From: Bryobacterales bacterium
GTDB lineage: Bacteria; Acidobacteriota; Terriglobia; Bryobacterales; Bryobacteraceae
Direction of reading: 5' to 3'
Length of the DNA stretch: 64,000 nucleotides
Assembly: GCA_963732175.1 (NCBI GenBank)
Contig: CAVSYF010000002.1
Location: forward strand, 136,564-200,563
Shown here: positions 27,928 to 36,877 of the stretch, in pieces
Numbering within the stretch: position 1 is the stretch's first letter
How the letters are laid out: each line of letters begins with the position of its first letter
Program-made: the position numbers and the translations under genes
The notes under the pieces: generated by a model
Told to the model about the DNA's origin: nothing
What the model saw: the letters and a program-made list of their open reading frames with translations, nothing else
Database searches by the model: none

Positions 27928-28947
27928 TTAATCGCTCGAGGGACGCCGCTTGAGCGTAGGCCGGTCATCGTCATCGGAGGATTGCGTGCTGCCGCTGCTA
28001 CTGCCAGGATCGACTGTGCCGGTACCGGATCCGGCGGCTCTGCGCAGCGTGGGCCGGTTGGCATCGCCCTTATCATCGACCTTGCGCCGGTTATGGAGAG
28101 CGGCCAGGCGGCCTTTGACGTCGTTGAATTCCGAAGTGGTGACGACGTATTCCGGCTTCGCGACCAGCATTTCCTGAATGTTTTTCTGCGCGGCACGGAT
28201 GCGATCGTCGGTCATCGGGTGCGTGGAGAAGACCTTGGCCATGGTGCCTGGTTTTCGCTTTTCGAGCGTCTCAATCTTCTCGAAGAAGTCCACAAAAGCG
28301 GTGGGATCGTAGCCGGTCTTATACATGTACTGCAGGCCGAGCATATCCGCTTCCGATTCCATGGCGCGGGAGAACTGCAGGAAACCGACCGGCACGAGCA
28401 CGTTGGCCGCCTGATAAATTCCGTATCCGGTCCAGCCGCCCATGAAGATGAGCGGGATCATGCCGATTTGCGCGATCTCTCCGCGCGTCGCCTGCCGGGT
28501 GCCGTGCCGGGCGGCCACGTGCGCAATCTCGTGCGCCATCACGCCCGCGAGCTCGGCTTCATTGTCGGCTTTCAATATCAAACCGGAGTTGACGAAAAAG
28601 AAACCGCCGGGCAGCGCGAAAGCGTTGACCTCTTCACTGTCGATCACCTTGATGGTGAACGGCACCTTGGCGTCGGAATTCCTCACCAGGTTCTGACCGA
28701 CGCGATTGACGTATTCGGCTATAACGGGATCGTTGATCAGCTTGGCCTGCCGCTCCACCTGCTGAGCGAGTTGTTTGCCGAGCGCAATTTCTTTTTCGAT
28801 GGAGTAGAAGTTTACGCCCTTGCCAACATTTCGATTCCCGATCTGGTCGGGATCCTTCTCCGGGTCGCTCGCGAGAAGAAGAGAGGACGGCGCGCTGATC
28901 GTCAAAGCAGCGACGAGAGCAGTGCTAGCGGAAAGGAGGCGGTTCAT
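27928..28947 (-). CDS. M48 family zinc metallopeptidase (BepA/Ste24-like), secreted
   Basis: 339-aa ORF with a signal peptide, NAFALPGGFFFV and the HExxH motif MAHEIAHVAARH. The C-terminal tail is low complexity. Confidence 0.9.
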   Translation of the reverse strand: MNRLLSASTALVAALTISAPSSLLLASDPEKDPDQIGNRNVGKGVNFYSIEKEIALGKQLAQQVERQAKLINDPVIAEYVNRVGQNLVRNSDAKVPFTIKVIDSEEVNAFALPGGFFFVNSGLILKADNEAELAGVMAHEIAHVAARHGTRQATRGEIAQIGMIPLIFMGGWTGYGIYQAANVLVPVGFLQFSRAMESEADMLGLQYMYKTGYDPTAFVDFFEKIETLEKRKPGTMAKVFSTHPMTDDRIRAAQKNIQEMLVAKPEYVVTTSEFNDVKGRLAALHNRRKVDDKGDANRPTLRRAAGSGTGTVDPGSSSGSTQSSDDDDRPTLKRRPSSD

Positions 28948-29082
28948 GGAGAACTCCTAGTATTAGACTACCAGAAAGTCTCCAAGGTTCCATATGATTT
29001 CTGCGGCAATCGGGCCTTAGTCCGTCCGGTTTGGGCATGGGCACATCGGCGCGGGGCCGGTTCATAACTCGCCGTAAGCGGA

Positions 29083-30195
29083 CTAGGCCTTCAGACGGGG
29101 GAACAATCGCTCGGCGTTGCCACGATTGAGCGCGCGCATCACTTCGGGCGAAAGTCCGTCCTCGGGCAGGTGGTCGAGCGTGGATTCCATAGGTTCGGCT
29201 GGATAGTCCGTACCGAACAAATACTGGGAAGGGGGCACCAATTTCGTCAAGGCCGCCATGGACATCGGATAGGCTGCGTGCGCGCATTCGTAGTACAGCT
29301 TGCGCAACTCGGCGAAGACGCCGTCCGGGATGTTGGCGCTCTTGCCTTCATGGTTGGCAGGGCCGCCAGCCTGACCACCGGCGGTGCGAAAGCTGGAGGC
29401 GCCGGGCACGCGGTCCTTGATGCGGCCCGACAAAGCTGGGATGGCCGCGCCGGAATGGTTCACGATGAAGCTTATGTTGGGGCATTTCGAGAATACGCCG
29501 TTATACAGCAGGCCGGTGATGGCCCGCGTCGTGTCGATGTCAAACTCGACCACCGCGTCGTTCACGCCCGGCTGGAGCTGGCGGCAGCATTTGTTCACAA
29601 AGGGATGAATGAACACCACGGCTTTGCGGCGGTTGAGTTCTTCGAAGATCGGCAAGTATTTGGGATTGCCGGGCCAGCTTTCGCCGGTGTTGCTCAAAGT
29701 TCCGATGCCGTCGGCTTTCAAGGTATCGAAGACGTATTCGATCTCTTTCAAGGAGCCGTCCACGTCGGGCATGGGCAGCACGGCGAACAGGCCGAAGCGC
29801 TTGGAATTGTCGCTGACGATCTTGGCGCCGCCCTCGTTGATCTGCCGCGCGAGCGCCGCTCCCTTGGGGGTGCCGTCAAAGACCTGATCGCCATTGCCGG
29901 GGTGCGACAACATGGCGAAGGCGATGCCATGCTTGTCCATTTGATCGATGGATTCCGCCGGTGTCCACGGGCGCGCGCCGCCGCCGCGTCCACCACGTCC
30001 GCCGCCGCCGCCGCCCAACTCGATCTGGAAATGATGGTGCATGTCGATGCGGCGAGGATTGGCTTGGCCGTCCTGAGCCAGCAGCGCGCTCCTGGAGAGA
30101 AGTGCGCCCGCTCCGGCGGCAGTGAACGTTTTGAGAAGATCGCGCCGCGAAGTGCTTGCGTGATTGGTCTCGCTCAAATAGGGAAAATCTCGCAT
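29083..30195 (-). CDS. amidohydrolase-2 family metal-dependent hydrolase with Tat signal
   Basis: 370-aa ORF with the twin-arginine motif TSRRDLLKTFTAAGAGALL. It has a DMHHHF metal site and a Gly/Arg insertion (GGGGGGRGGRGGG). Confidence 0.8.
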   Translation of the reverse strand: MRDFPYLSETNHASTSRRDLLKTFTAAGAGALLSRSALLAQDGQANPRRIDMHHHFQIELGGGGGGRGGRGGGARPWTPAESIDQMDKHGIAFAMLSHPGNGDQVFDGTPKGAALARQINEGGAKIVSDNSKRFGLFAVLPMPDVDGSLKEIEYVFDTLKADGIGTLSNTGESWPGNPKYLPIFEELNRRKAVVFIHPFVNKCCRQLQPGVNDAVVEFDIDTTRAITGLLYNGVFSKCPNISFIVNHSGAAIPALSGRIKDRVPGASSFRTAGGQAGGPANHEGKSANIPDGVFAELRKLYYECAHAAYPMSMAALTKLVPPSQYLFGTDYPAEPMESTLDHLPEDGLSPEVMRALNRGNAERLFPRLKA

Positions 30196-30287
30196 GGACT
30201 TGCTCCTCCAGACGGTTACCCAGTATCTTCTAACGGGTGGATCGTGTCAAGAGCAGGCGGCGAGGCTGCGCGTGTGAATTTTGATGA

Positions 30288-30376
30288 TGGTGCTGGAGGT
30301 GGGGGTCGAACCCACATGACCAGTGAAGGTCGCGGGATTTTGAGTCCCGTGCGTCTGCCAGTTCCGCCACTCCAGC
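30288..30376 (-). tRNA. tRNA-Leu (anticodon CAA), CCA encoded
   Basis: The reverse complement reads GCTGGAG-TG-GCGGAACTGGCAGACGC-A-CGGGA-CTCAAAA-TCCCG-(long variable arm)-TGGGTTCGACCCCCA-CCTCCAGC-A-CCA. The cloverleaf with a long variable arm fits a class II tRNA. Confidence 0.9.
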
Positions 30377-30446
30377 CTGGGACGCGGACGCGTCCGAACG
30401 ACGCTACGAGTATAACAGCGCCGGCCGACGGCTTGGAGAAAACCGG

Positions 30447-32030
30447 TCAGACCACCAAGACTTTGTGATCCGGGCAATCCAGGCGGATGTGGTCGTAGAG
30501 GGTGTCGATCAGGCCGAAACCATGTTTGGCGATGAACGGCAGGATGGAATAGAGGCGCTCCTGCAGGTGCTTCTCGGGATAAATCAGGTTCGACATGTAG
30601 CGCGCATCTTCTGTGGCGCGTTGATTTCGGTTGAGCGTCTCGCGCGCGGTTTTGCGTTCGATCTTGGATAGCTGGTAAAGAATTTTGGCACGGCTCTTGT
30701 CGGTCGCCGCCCCCAGGCTCTCATCGAAAGCGATCAGATCGTTGCGCAAGCGCTGGAGCGACTCGGTAGTCTCTTTCTGGATGGCCGCGAATTCGCGCAT
30801 CAGAGCTTCCGGGACCAGCTGCTGCGCGATGGTCTCGCGAACCTGGTCCTCGGCGTGGAAAAAACCGGAAAGCGCCAGGCCATAGCGCTTCATCAACTTG
30901 CTGGTTCTTGCGTCGAGCAGCGTAAATGCGGTCCGGGCTACGGGTAGAGGCATCTTGCCTACGAGCTCGTGGTAGAGCACCTGTGACTGAGCCAAGTAAG
31001 CCAGCTCGGCCGGCCCGCCCACGTACGCCAGCGTAGGCAACACGTAGTCTTGAATGACGGGACGAAGCAGCGCGTTGGGGGAGAGATGCTCGGCGCGGTC
31101 CATCAATTCTGACGCTGAGTAGCGACGTTCTTTGGATACGTAGTCGCCGTTCTGCCGGCGCAAGGTGATGCGCCGCCCGCCTTCGAGCAGAAAGACCAGC
31201 GACGTTTTCGGTTCGATGTGGACCTGAGCGTGATATCCGGCCTGTTCCAGTTCGCTATTGCGCTCTAAAAGTTTGTGATGAAGCTGCTCGTCCTGACGAA
31301 CTGCTTCCCGGAGCAGGGGAGCGGCCATCTGTCTTATCGCCGGGTCGAGCGGGTCGACGAACAGCAAGCCGTATTTGCCGAGCAAACTCTGCAGAATCGC
31401 TTGAAATCCGGCTCCGAAGGTCACTCCTGGCGGGTAGGCCTCCTGAACCAGAGAGATCACCTCTTCGGCATAAGGGAAGCCGCCGATCGCGTTCCTCAGT
31501 TGATCGATAGGGGGCGCTTCGATTGGGATGGCGCCCGTGGGACGGTCGCCTTTTGCGTTTGCGCCGCTCACCGCCAGCGAGATGGGGCGATGCTGCGAAT
31601 CGAACACAAAGGTGTGGTTCACTTCGGCGAAATCGTGGTCCTCGGTGGGCAGCCAGAACATCGGAACCGCGGGAACGCCTTGCGCGCTCAATTGCGCGGC
31701 TAGATGCGCGGCTGTCAGCGCTTTGTAAATGGTGTAGGCCGGGCCGGAAAAAAGTCCAACCTGCTGCCCGGTAACAATGGCAACCGAATCGGGACGTGCC
31801 AGCAGGTCCAGGGAGGGACTGTCGCCATTACGCTCACGCACGGCCGCGACCAGCCGGCTGCGGCGTTCCGCTGGGAAGTCCATCCGCTTTGCGGCATCCA
31901 CATAGGAAGCCAAGCCGCCCGAGCCGCCGTCATAGAATCGGGCGACCCGATCGAAATGATATTGGAAATCGGAAAAAAGTCTGGTGGTGTGAGGGATCTC
32001 AGTATGCCGCAAACAAGCCGATTCCAACAT
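30447..32030 (-). CDS. bshC: bacillithiol biosynthesis cysteine-adding enzyme BshC
   Basis: Intact 527-aa ORF. Its N-terminal region (LFSDFQYHFDRVARFYD...VTGQQVGLFSGPAYTIYKALTA...WLPTEDHDFAEVNH) is typical of the BshC/UPF0747 family. Confidence 0.85.
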   Translation of the reverse strand: MLESACLRHTEIPHTTRLFSDFQYHFDRVARFYDGGSGGLASYVDAAKRMDFPAERRSRLVAAVRERNGDSPSLDLLARPDSVAIVTGQQVGLFSGPAYTIYKALTAAHLAAQLSAQGVPAVPMFWLPTEDHDFAEVNHTFVFDSQHRPISLAVSGANAKGDRPTGAIPIEAPPIDQLRNAIGGFPYAEEVISLVQEAYPPGVTFGAGFQAILQSLLGKYGLLFVDPLDPAIRQMAAPLLREAVRQDEQLHHKLLERNSELEQAGYHAQVHIEPKTSLVFLLEGGRRITLRRQNGDYVSKERRYSASELMDRAEHLSPNALLRPVIQDYVLPTLAYVGGPAELAYLAQSQVLYHELVGKMPLPVARTAFTLLDARTSKLMKRYGLALSGFFHAEDQVRETIAQQLVPEALMREFAAIQKETTESLQRLRNDLIAFDESLGAATDKSRAKILYQLSKIERKTARETLNRNQRATEDARYMSNLIYPEKHLQERLYSILPFIAKHGFGLIDTLYDHIRLDCPDHKVLVV

Positions 32031-32102
32031 GGGCAGCTTTCCAAGATTAGCAGATCATCCTGAGGGCCGAAGCTCGTCGGCTCCGCCGAATTGGACCGGC
32101 GA

Positions 32103-32462
32103 CTACTTTTTCTTCAGCTTGAGGTTGATCTTCGCGATTTTTTTGGTATTAAACACGTCCAGCGTCTTCTTTGAGCTGGAAGCGCCGTCGTACTTGGCCT
32201 TCAGATCGTATTCGACGTTGGTGCTGAGTCCCGCGAAATGATAACTGCCGTCGGGTTCGGTTATGAAGGAACGAATCTGGAGGGTCTTGGTATCCTCCAA
32301 CTGCACAACCGCGTTGGCGACGGGGTGACCCGAGGCGTCCATGACGATGCCTTCCACGGCCCGGGTGTTGTCATCCTCTTTCGAATTCTTTCGTTGGGCG
32401 GAGAGTTCCAGGCCGGTCAAAAATACAAGCGCGCACACACCGAAGGCTGCCTTGCGTTTCAC
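32103..32462 (-). CDS. secreted single-domain carboxypeptidase-regulatory-like protein
   Basis: 119-aa ORF with a signal peptide. The CarboxypepD_reg pattern is VEGIVMDASGHPVANAVVQLED...TEPDGSYHFAGL. Confidence 0.75.
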   Translation of the reverse strand: MKRKAAFGVCALVFLTGLELSAQRKNSKEDDNTRAVEGIVMDASGHPVANAVVQLEDTKTLQIRSFITEPDGSYHFAGLSTNVEYDLKAKYDGASSSKKTLDVFNTKKIAKINLKLKKK

Positions 32463-32474
32463 ATCGCGCTCCGC

Positions 32475-32834
32475 CTATTTCGACTCCGGCTGAAGCTGGA
32501 ACGTTACGTCAGCACGGGTTTCACCCTCGATCACAGCGGGCTGCTCCTGGCTGCGGAAGCCTTTGGCCGCGGCTTTGACCGTGAAGCGCATGGGAACGGG
32601 CGGAACGCGAAAAACGAATTCGCCCCGTGTGTCGGAAATCGCCTGCTGCTTCTTCATTTTGGCTGGGGAGCTGCCGGATGGAGGGTCGGGGGTGAGCGTG
32701 ACCACGGCGTTCGGCAAGGCGTACCCGGATTCCTGGAAGACGGTCCCGGCCACTAACGCGTAGGATTCCGTCTTGACCTTGTGATCGCCGGCCTCCGCGG
32801 CGACAGAGAGAAGCGCGGCGAACCAGAACGCCAA
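32475..32834 (-). CDS. secreted single-domain carboxypeptidase-regulatory-like protein
   Basis: An in-frame TTG at 32834 is preceded by GAGGAGGA and gives MAFWFAALLSVAAEA... (119 aa). The CarboxypepD_reg pattern is VAGTVFQESGYALPNAVVTLT...DTRGEFVFRV. The listed longer ORF (to 32885) would overlap the upstream gene. Confidence 0.7.
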   Translation of the reverse strand: MAFWFAALLSVAAEAGDHKVKTESYALVAGTVFQESGYALPNAVVTLTPDPPSGSSPAKMKKQQAISDTRGEFVFRVPPVPMRFTVKAAAKGFRSQEQPAVIEGETRADVTFQLQPESK

Positions 32835-32835
32835 C

Positions 32836-33075
32836 TTAGTGCCAATCCTCCTCTTCCTCTTCTTCTTCCTCATCTTCCTCTGCATCCTCGTCGTAATCCA
32901 AATCGTCCTCTTCTTCTTCCTCCTCTTCTTCGTCTTCCGTGGTTTCGAGCTCTAGGGGATCGATTCCGACTACGCTGAGATCGGCGCCGCACTCCTCGCA
33001 GGTCAGCGTGTCGCCCTCATCCAATTCGTCTTCATCCAAGTCGAGCACTGCGTCGCAGTTCGGACAGTTGGCCAT
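32836..33075 (-). CDS. LysW-like zinc-ribbon protein with extended poly-acidic tail
   Basis: 79-aa ORF, MANCPNCDAVLDLDEDELDEGDTLTCEECGADLSVVGIDPLELE..., followed by about 35 residues of D/E ending EEDWH. GGAGGGA lies upstream of the ATG. The pattern parallels Thermus LysW (CPxC...CxxCGaeLeVvglDPLrLE...EDWGE). Confidence 0.7.
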   Translation of the reverse strand: MANCPNCDAVLDLDEDELDEGDTLTCEECGADLSVVGIDPLELETTEDEEEEEEEEDDLDYDEDAEEDEEEEEEEEDWH

Positions 33076-33129
33076 CTAGCTTCCCTCCAGGAGCACAATT
33101 TTTTTATACAAGAATCGGCGGCCAGACTG

Positions 33130-33639
33130 CTATGCGTTCGCCTTCGCCAACCTGCGCCGGGTGGTGGGCGGCACCAGACCCTGCAAACGAAGATACAGGA
33201 AGAGATTGGCACGATGCGTGAGTTCATGCTCCTTGAGCATCTGGAGCAGCTCGAGACGCGTGACGCGCTGGCCATCGAAGCGTGTCATTTCACCGGCAAA
33301 GAAGTCGGCGGGCTTGGCGCTCAGCTCGGCCACTCGCTTGTCCAGCTGGCTCCGCAATTCGTGCGCAAGTGCGCCGGCGCTTTCGGTCTTGGGAAGCTGC
33401 GCAATTTGCCGGCTCCTCATCTCGGGAAATTGCGGCGTGGCCAGATTGTCGACGCCCTCCAGCATCAGGCCGGTCAACGCGTGACTGGCCTCCAGGATGT
33501 GACGCGCGATTTCGCCGAAACTCATCACGTCGGGGGTGGGCTTGTAGTTGAGATCGCGCGCCGAGAAATCTTCCACGGCCTGCGCAGTGTCTTCACGAAT
33601 GGTCTTCCAGGAAGTGAGCACGGACTCAAGGCGTATCAT
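33130..33639 (-). CDS. DinB superfamily protein (DinB_2-like)
   Basis: 169-aa ORF with a four-helix DinB pattern and conserved His positions (ARHILEASH...ELTHRANLFLYLR). Confidence 0.8.
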   Translation of the reverse strand: MIRLESVLTSWKTIREDTAQAVEDFSARDLNYKPTPDVMSFGEIARHILEASHALTGLMLEGVDNLATPQFPEMRSRQIAQLPKTESAGALAHELRSQLDKRVAELSAKPADFFAGEMTRFDGQRVTRLELLQMLKEHELTHRANLFLYLRLQGLVPPTTRRRLAKANA

Positions 33640-33697
33640 GACTCATTTTTACCACGCCATCCGGCCTCTATGACAGTCTGGTGTGTTGCGGTTACGA

Positions 33698-33973
33698 TTA
33701 GCTGATACCGAGCTTGGCTTCGATGCGGGTAACGCGGTTGTGAAGTTCCACCACTTTGCTGGTCAGTGTGTCGAATTTGACTTCCAAGCGGTTGAAACGA
33801 TCATCGATGCTGTTGAACCGGGCATCGACTCGCGCCTCGATGCTGTTGAGTCGCGCCTCGATTCCATTGAGCCGTCCATTGATGGCGTTATAGTAGACGA
33901 CATTCGTCAGTATGCCGACCAAAACCGCGAAGGTCGGTATGCCGATCGCCAAATATAGCTGAACGTCCGTCAC
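33698..33973 (-). CDS. membrane-anchored coiled-coil protein, unknown function
   Basis: 91-aa ORF with an N-terminal TM helix (LYLAIGIPTFAVLVGILTNVVYY). This is followed by heptad repeats (LNGIEAR/LNSIEAR/...). Confidence 0.6.
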   Translation of the reverse strand: MTDVQLYLAIGIPTFAVLVGILTNVVYYNAINGRLNGIEARLNSIEARVDARFNSIDDRFNRLEVKFDTLTSKVVELHNRVTRIEAKLGIS

Positions 33974-34007
33974 TTACCAATATTGTACTTCGGCGCGAAG
34001 AAGCCTC

Positions 34008-34298
34008 TCAAACCGGGTCGGCGGTCTTGTTTTTATCGCGCTGGATGGTGCGCATCTCGTCAATGATGCGCTCGAAGATGCGCTTCAATGCATCCTCCGG
34101 CAGCGGCCCGTGGTTCTGGCTGGTCACATTGCGGAAAACGTCGTCTTCGCGCTTCGGCTCGTAGATCGGCATCGAAAGCATTTGTTTGATGCGTCCGATC
34201 TCCTCCACGATCTGCGTTCGCTCGTTGAGGAGAGCCAGGAGTTTGCGGTCGACCTCGTCGATTTGCCGGCGGCACGCGGCGAGCTTTTCCATGCTCAT
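34008..34298 (-). CDS. chorismate mutase (AroQ class, monofunctional)
   Basis: 96-aa ORF with RRQIDEVDRKLLALLNERTQIVEEIGRIK...PIYEPKRE. Its ATG overlaps the trpA stop (ATGA). Confidence 0.85.
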   Translation of the reverse strand: MSMEKLAACRRQIDEVDRKLLALLNERTQIVEEIGRIKQMLSMPIYEPKREDDVFRNVTSQNHGPLPEDALKRIFERIIDEMRTIQRDKNKTADPV

Positions 34299-35107
34299 CG
34301 GTTCTTCGATGGTAAACTACTCGCCAGTTCCTGGGCTAGCGCCGCGAGCTTATCCGGCAGTTGCGGGCTGCCGGCGTTTTGCTCGATGACGCGCTCGATC
34401 GCGCTCCCCACCACCACTCCGTCCGCGACCGCGCCCACCTGGCGCACTTGGTCCGCGGTTGAAATCCCGAAGCCGACCGCGACCGGAAGCGAGGTCACTT
34501 TGCGCATGGCGCTCACCAGCGGCCGTACTGCGTCGGAAACATTAGCGCGTTCGCCTGTGACTCCGGTTCGTGAAACCAAATAAACAAAGCCGCTGGAATA
34601 TTTGGCCACCAGCTTCAGGCGCCGCTCGGTACTGGTAGGCGCGGCTAGAAAAACCGTATCCAGCCCCGCTTTTTGCATCGCGCAGGTGTAAGGCTCAGCT
34701 TCTTCCACGCTGAGATCCGTCAGCAGGCACCCGTCGATCCCGTGCGCCCGAGCGTCGTAGGCCAACTTCTCCAGACCGTAGCGCAGCACCGGATTCAGGT
34801 AGGTGAACAGCAGCAGGGGAATCTCCGAGCGGCGGCGGATTTCGGCAGCGATTTCCAACACCGTCGAAACCTTGGTTCCCGCCTTCAGAGCCCGGTCGCT
34901 CGCGCGCTGGATCACGGGGCCGTCGGCGATCGGGTCGGAGAATGGAACACCCAGCTCGATCAGGTCCGCTCCCCCGCGCTCTAGCGCTGCGACCAGGGCC
35001 GGTGTTCGGTCGGGCGATGGATCGCCGGCGGTGATGTAGGCGATGAGAGCTGGTCGGCCCTCATGGCGGAGCCGTTCAAAGAGCCGGCCGATTCTGGTCT
35101 GGCTCAT
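34295..35107 (-). CDS. trpA: tryptophan synthase alpha chain
   Basis: 270-aa ORF with [30 protein letters not shown] and [10 protein letters not shown]. Confidence 0.95.
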   Translation of the reverse strand: MSQTRIGRLFERLRHEGRPALIAYITAGDPSPDRTPALVAALERGGADLIELGVPFSDPIADGPVIQRASDRALKAGTKVSTVLEIAAEIRRRSEIPLLLFTYLNPVLRYGLEKLAYDARAHGIDGCLLTDLSVEEAEPYTCAMQKAGLDTVFLAAPTSTERRLKLVAKYSSGFVYLVSRTGVTGERANVSDAVRPLVSAMRKVTSLPVAVGFGISTADQVRQVGAVADGVVVGSAIERVIEQNAGSPQLPDKLAALAQELASSLPSKNR

Positions 35108-36296
35108 CGAGCTCCTTCAAGTTTTCTCTGTAAATGTCGGTATCCTTGTCGCCGCGTCCCGAAAGATTCACGATGAATAATTCGCCTTGGGCGGAAGGCG
35201 CGCGTTGCAAGGTTTCCGCGACCGCATGCGCCGATTCCAAGGCCGGAATAATGCCCTCGGTACGCGCCAGCGTTCGCGCCGCATCGAGCGCCTGTTGATC
35301 GGTGACGGAAAGGTATTGGGTGCGGCCTTGATCGCGCAACCAGGAGTGCTCCGGCCCGACCAGCGCGTAATCCAGGCCCGCCGACACCGAGTGAGTAAGC
35401 GCGACTTGTCCCTCCGCATCCTGCAATAGATAACTGTAAGCGCCATGGAGTACGCCGGGCGCGCCGCCCGAAAAACGCGCGGCGTGTTCCCCCAGCTTTT
35501 CGCCGCGTCCGCCGGCCTCGACGCCGATCAACCGAACCCCGGCATCGTCGAGAAACGGGTGAAACATTCCGATGGCATTGCTGCCCCCACCCACGCACGC
35601 GAAGATGCGGTCCGGGAGCCGGCCCTCACGATCCAGAATCTGCCGGCGCGTTTCCTCGCCAATCACGCGATGAAAATCACGCACCATCATCGGATAAGGA
35701 TGCGCCCCGAGCGCCGATCCGAGCAGATAGTGCGTGCTATCCACATTCGTGACCCAGTCGCGCATCGCTTCGCTGATGGCATCCTTCAAGGTCCGGCTGC
35801 CGTTGGCGACGCCTACCACCTTCGTACCCATCATTCGCATTCGGAAGACGTTCAAACGCTGCCGGCGCATGTCTTCTTCGCCCATATAGACCACGCACTC
35901 GAGGCCGAACAGGGCGCAGACCGCCGCGGTGGCGACACCGTGCTGGCCGGCCCCGGTTTCGGCGATAATCCGATGCTTGCCCATCCGCCGCGCCAGGAGC
36001 GCCTGCCCCAGGCAGTTGTTGATTTTGTGCGCGCCGGTGTGCAACAGATCCTCGCGCTTGATGTAAATCTTCGCGCCGCGCAAGGTTTCGCTAAGCCGCT
36101 TGGCATAATACAGCGGCGTGGGGCGGCCGGCAAAGTTAGCCAGCAGATCCTTCAGCTCCGCTTGAAACGCGGGATCGAGGCGAGCTTCCAGATAGGCCTG
36201 CTCAAGTTGCTCGAGCGGCGCCATGAGAACTTCGGGTACAAAGCGCCCTCCGTAAGGGCCAAAATGGCCGCGCTGATCTGGCTGAGCGGTAATCAT
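35076..36296 (-). CDS. trpB: tryptophan synthase beta chain
   Basis: An internal ATG at 36296 of the listed ORF 35076..36482 gives [25 protein letters not shown]... It has the PLP lysine region HTGAHKINN and GGGSNAIG. This ATG overlaps the trpF stop (ATGA). Confidence 0.95.
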   Translation of the reverse strand: MITAQPDQRGHFGPYGGRFVPEVLMAPLEQLEQAYLEARLDPAFQAELKDLLANFAGRPTPLYYAKRLSETLRGAKIYIKREDLLHTGAHKINNCLGQALLARRMGKHRIIAETGAGQHGVATAAVCALFGLECVVYMGEEDMRRQRLNVFRMRMMGTKVVGVANGSRTLKDAISEAMRDWVTNVDSTHYLLGSALGAHPYPMMVRDFHRVIGEETRRQILDREGRLPDRIFACVGGGSNAIGMFHPFLDDAGVRLIGVEAGGRGEKLGEHAARFSGGAPGVLHGAYSYLLQDAEGQVALTHSVSAGLDYALVGPEHSWLRDQGRTQYLSVTDQQALDAARTLARTEGIIPALESAHAVAETLQRAPSAQGELFIVNLSGRGDKDTDIYRENLKELDEPDQNRPAL

Positions 36297-36877
36297 AGGC
36301 CCAGAGCCGCCTTCACAAATTGATTCATTTTCTCGTGGTCCTTCACGCCCGGCGATTTTTCGACGGACGAGCACGCATCCACGCCCCAGGGCTGTGCCTG
36401 TTCGATCGCTTGACGAACATTCGCCGCATCCAGGCCACCCGCGATGACGGTCTTTTTGGGGATCGCCTTGGCGCGCGACCAATCGAACGTCTGGCCGGTG
36501 CCGCCGTAAAGCTCATCAGAAGGCGTGTCGACCAGCAGGGCTTCTATTAAATCGTCCGCCACATACGTTTCCAGCGCATCCGTGATGCGGCACGCCCGCC
36601 ACACGCGAACGCCGAGTGCTTCGCTCGTGCCGTACAACTGCGCAACGTCGAGGCCCGCATCCACGACGCAGCGTGCGATGGTCTCCGGCGTTTCGTTCAC
36701 GAAGATTCCGACCTTCCATACCTGCGCTGGAATTTTCTCGGCGATCATCGCCGCGCCGGTGTGGGAGATGTAGCGCGGGCTGTCGCGATAAAAGTTGAAC
36801 CCGATGGCCGAAGCGCCCGCCTCCACCGCCGCCATCGCGTCATCCAGGTTCGTAATTCCACAGATCTTCACCATCAT
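36293..36877 (-). CDS. trpF: phosphoribosylanthranilate isomerase
   Basis: 194-aa ORF: [29 protein letters not shown]...AGGLDAANV. Confidence 0.9.
   Translation of the reverse strand: MMVKICGITNLDDAMAAVEAGASAIGFNFYRDSPRYISHTGAAMIAEKIPAQVWKVGIFVNETPETIARCVVDAGLDVAQLYGTSEALGVRVWRACRITDALETYVADDLIEALLVDTPSDELYGGTGQTFDWSRAKAIPKKTVIAGGLDAANVRQAIEQAQPWGVDACSSVEKSPGVKDHEKMNQFVKAALGL

Noticed and set aside
30288-30376. tRNA-Leu as the attachment site of a genomic island
   Set aside because: No integrase, excisionase or transposase lies on either side. By eye I found no direct repeat of the tRNA 3' end nearby (not an exhaustive search). The flanking genes are ordinary housekeeping-type genes.
29170-30468. 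432-aa + strand ORF
   Set aside because: It is antisense to the amidohydrolase gene and runs through the tRNA-Leu gene. This is a shadow ORF.
35076-36482. 468-aa version of trpB with a 62-residue N-terminal extension
   Set aside because: The extension overlaps trpF in another frame and is Arg/Gly-rich. ATG 36296 overlaps the trpF stop and yields the canonical TrpB N-terminus.
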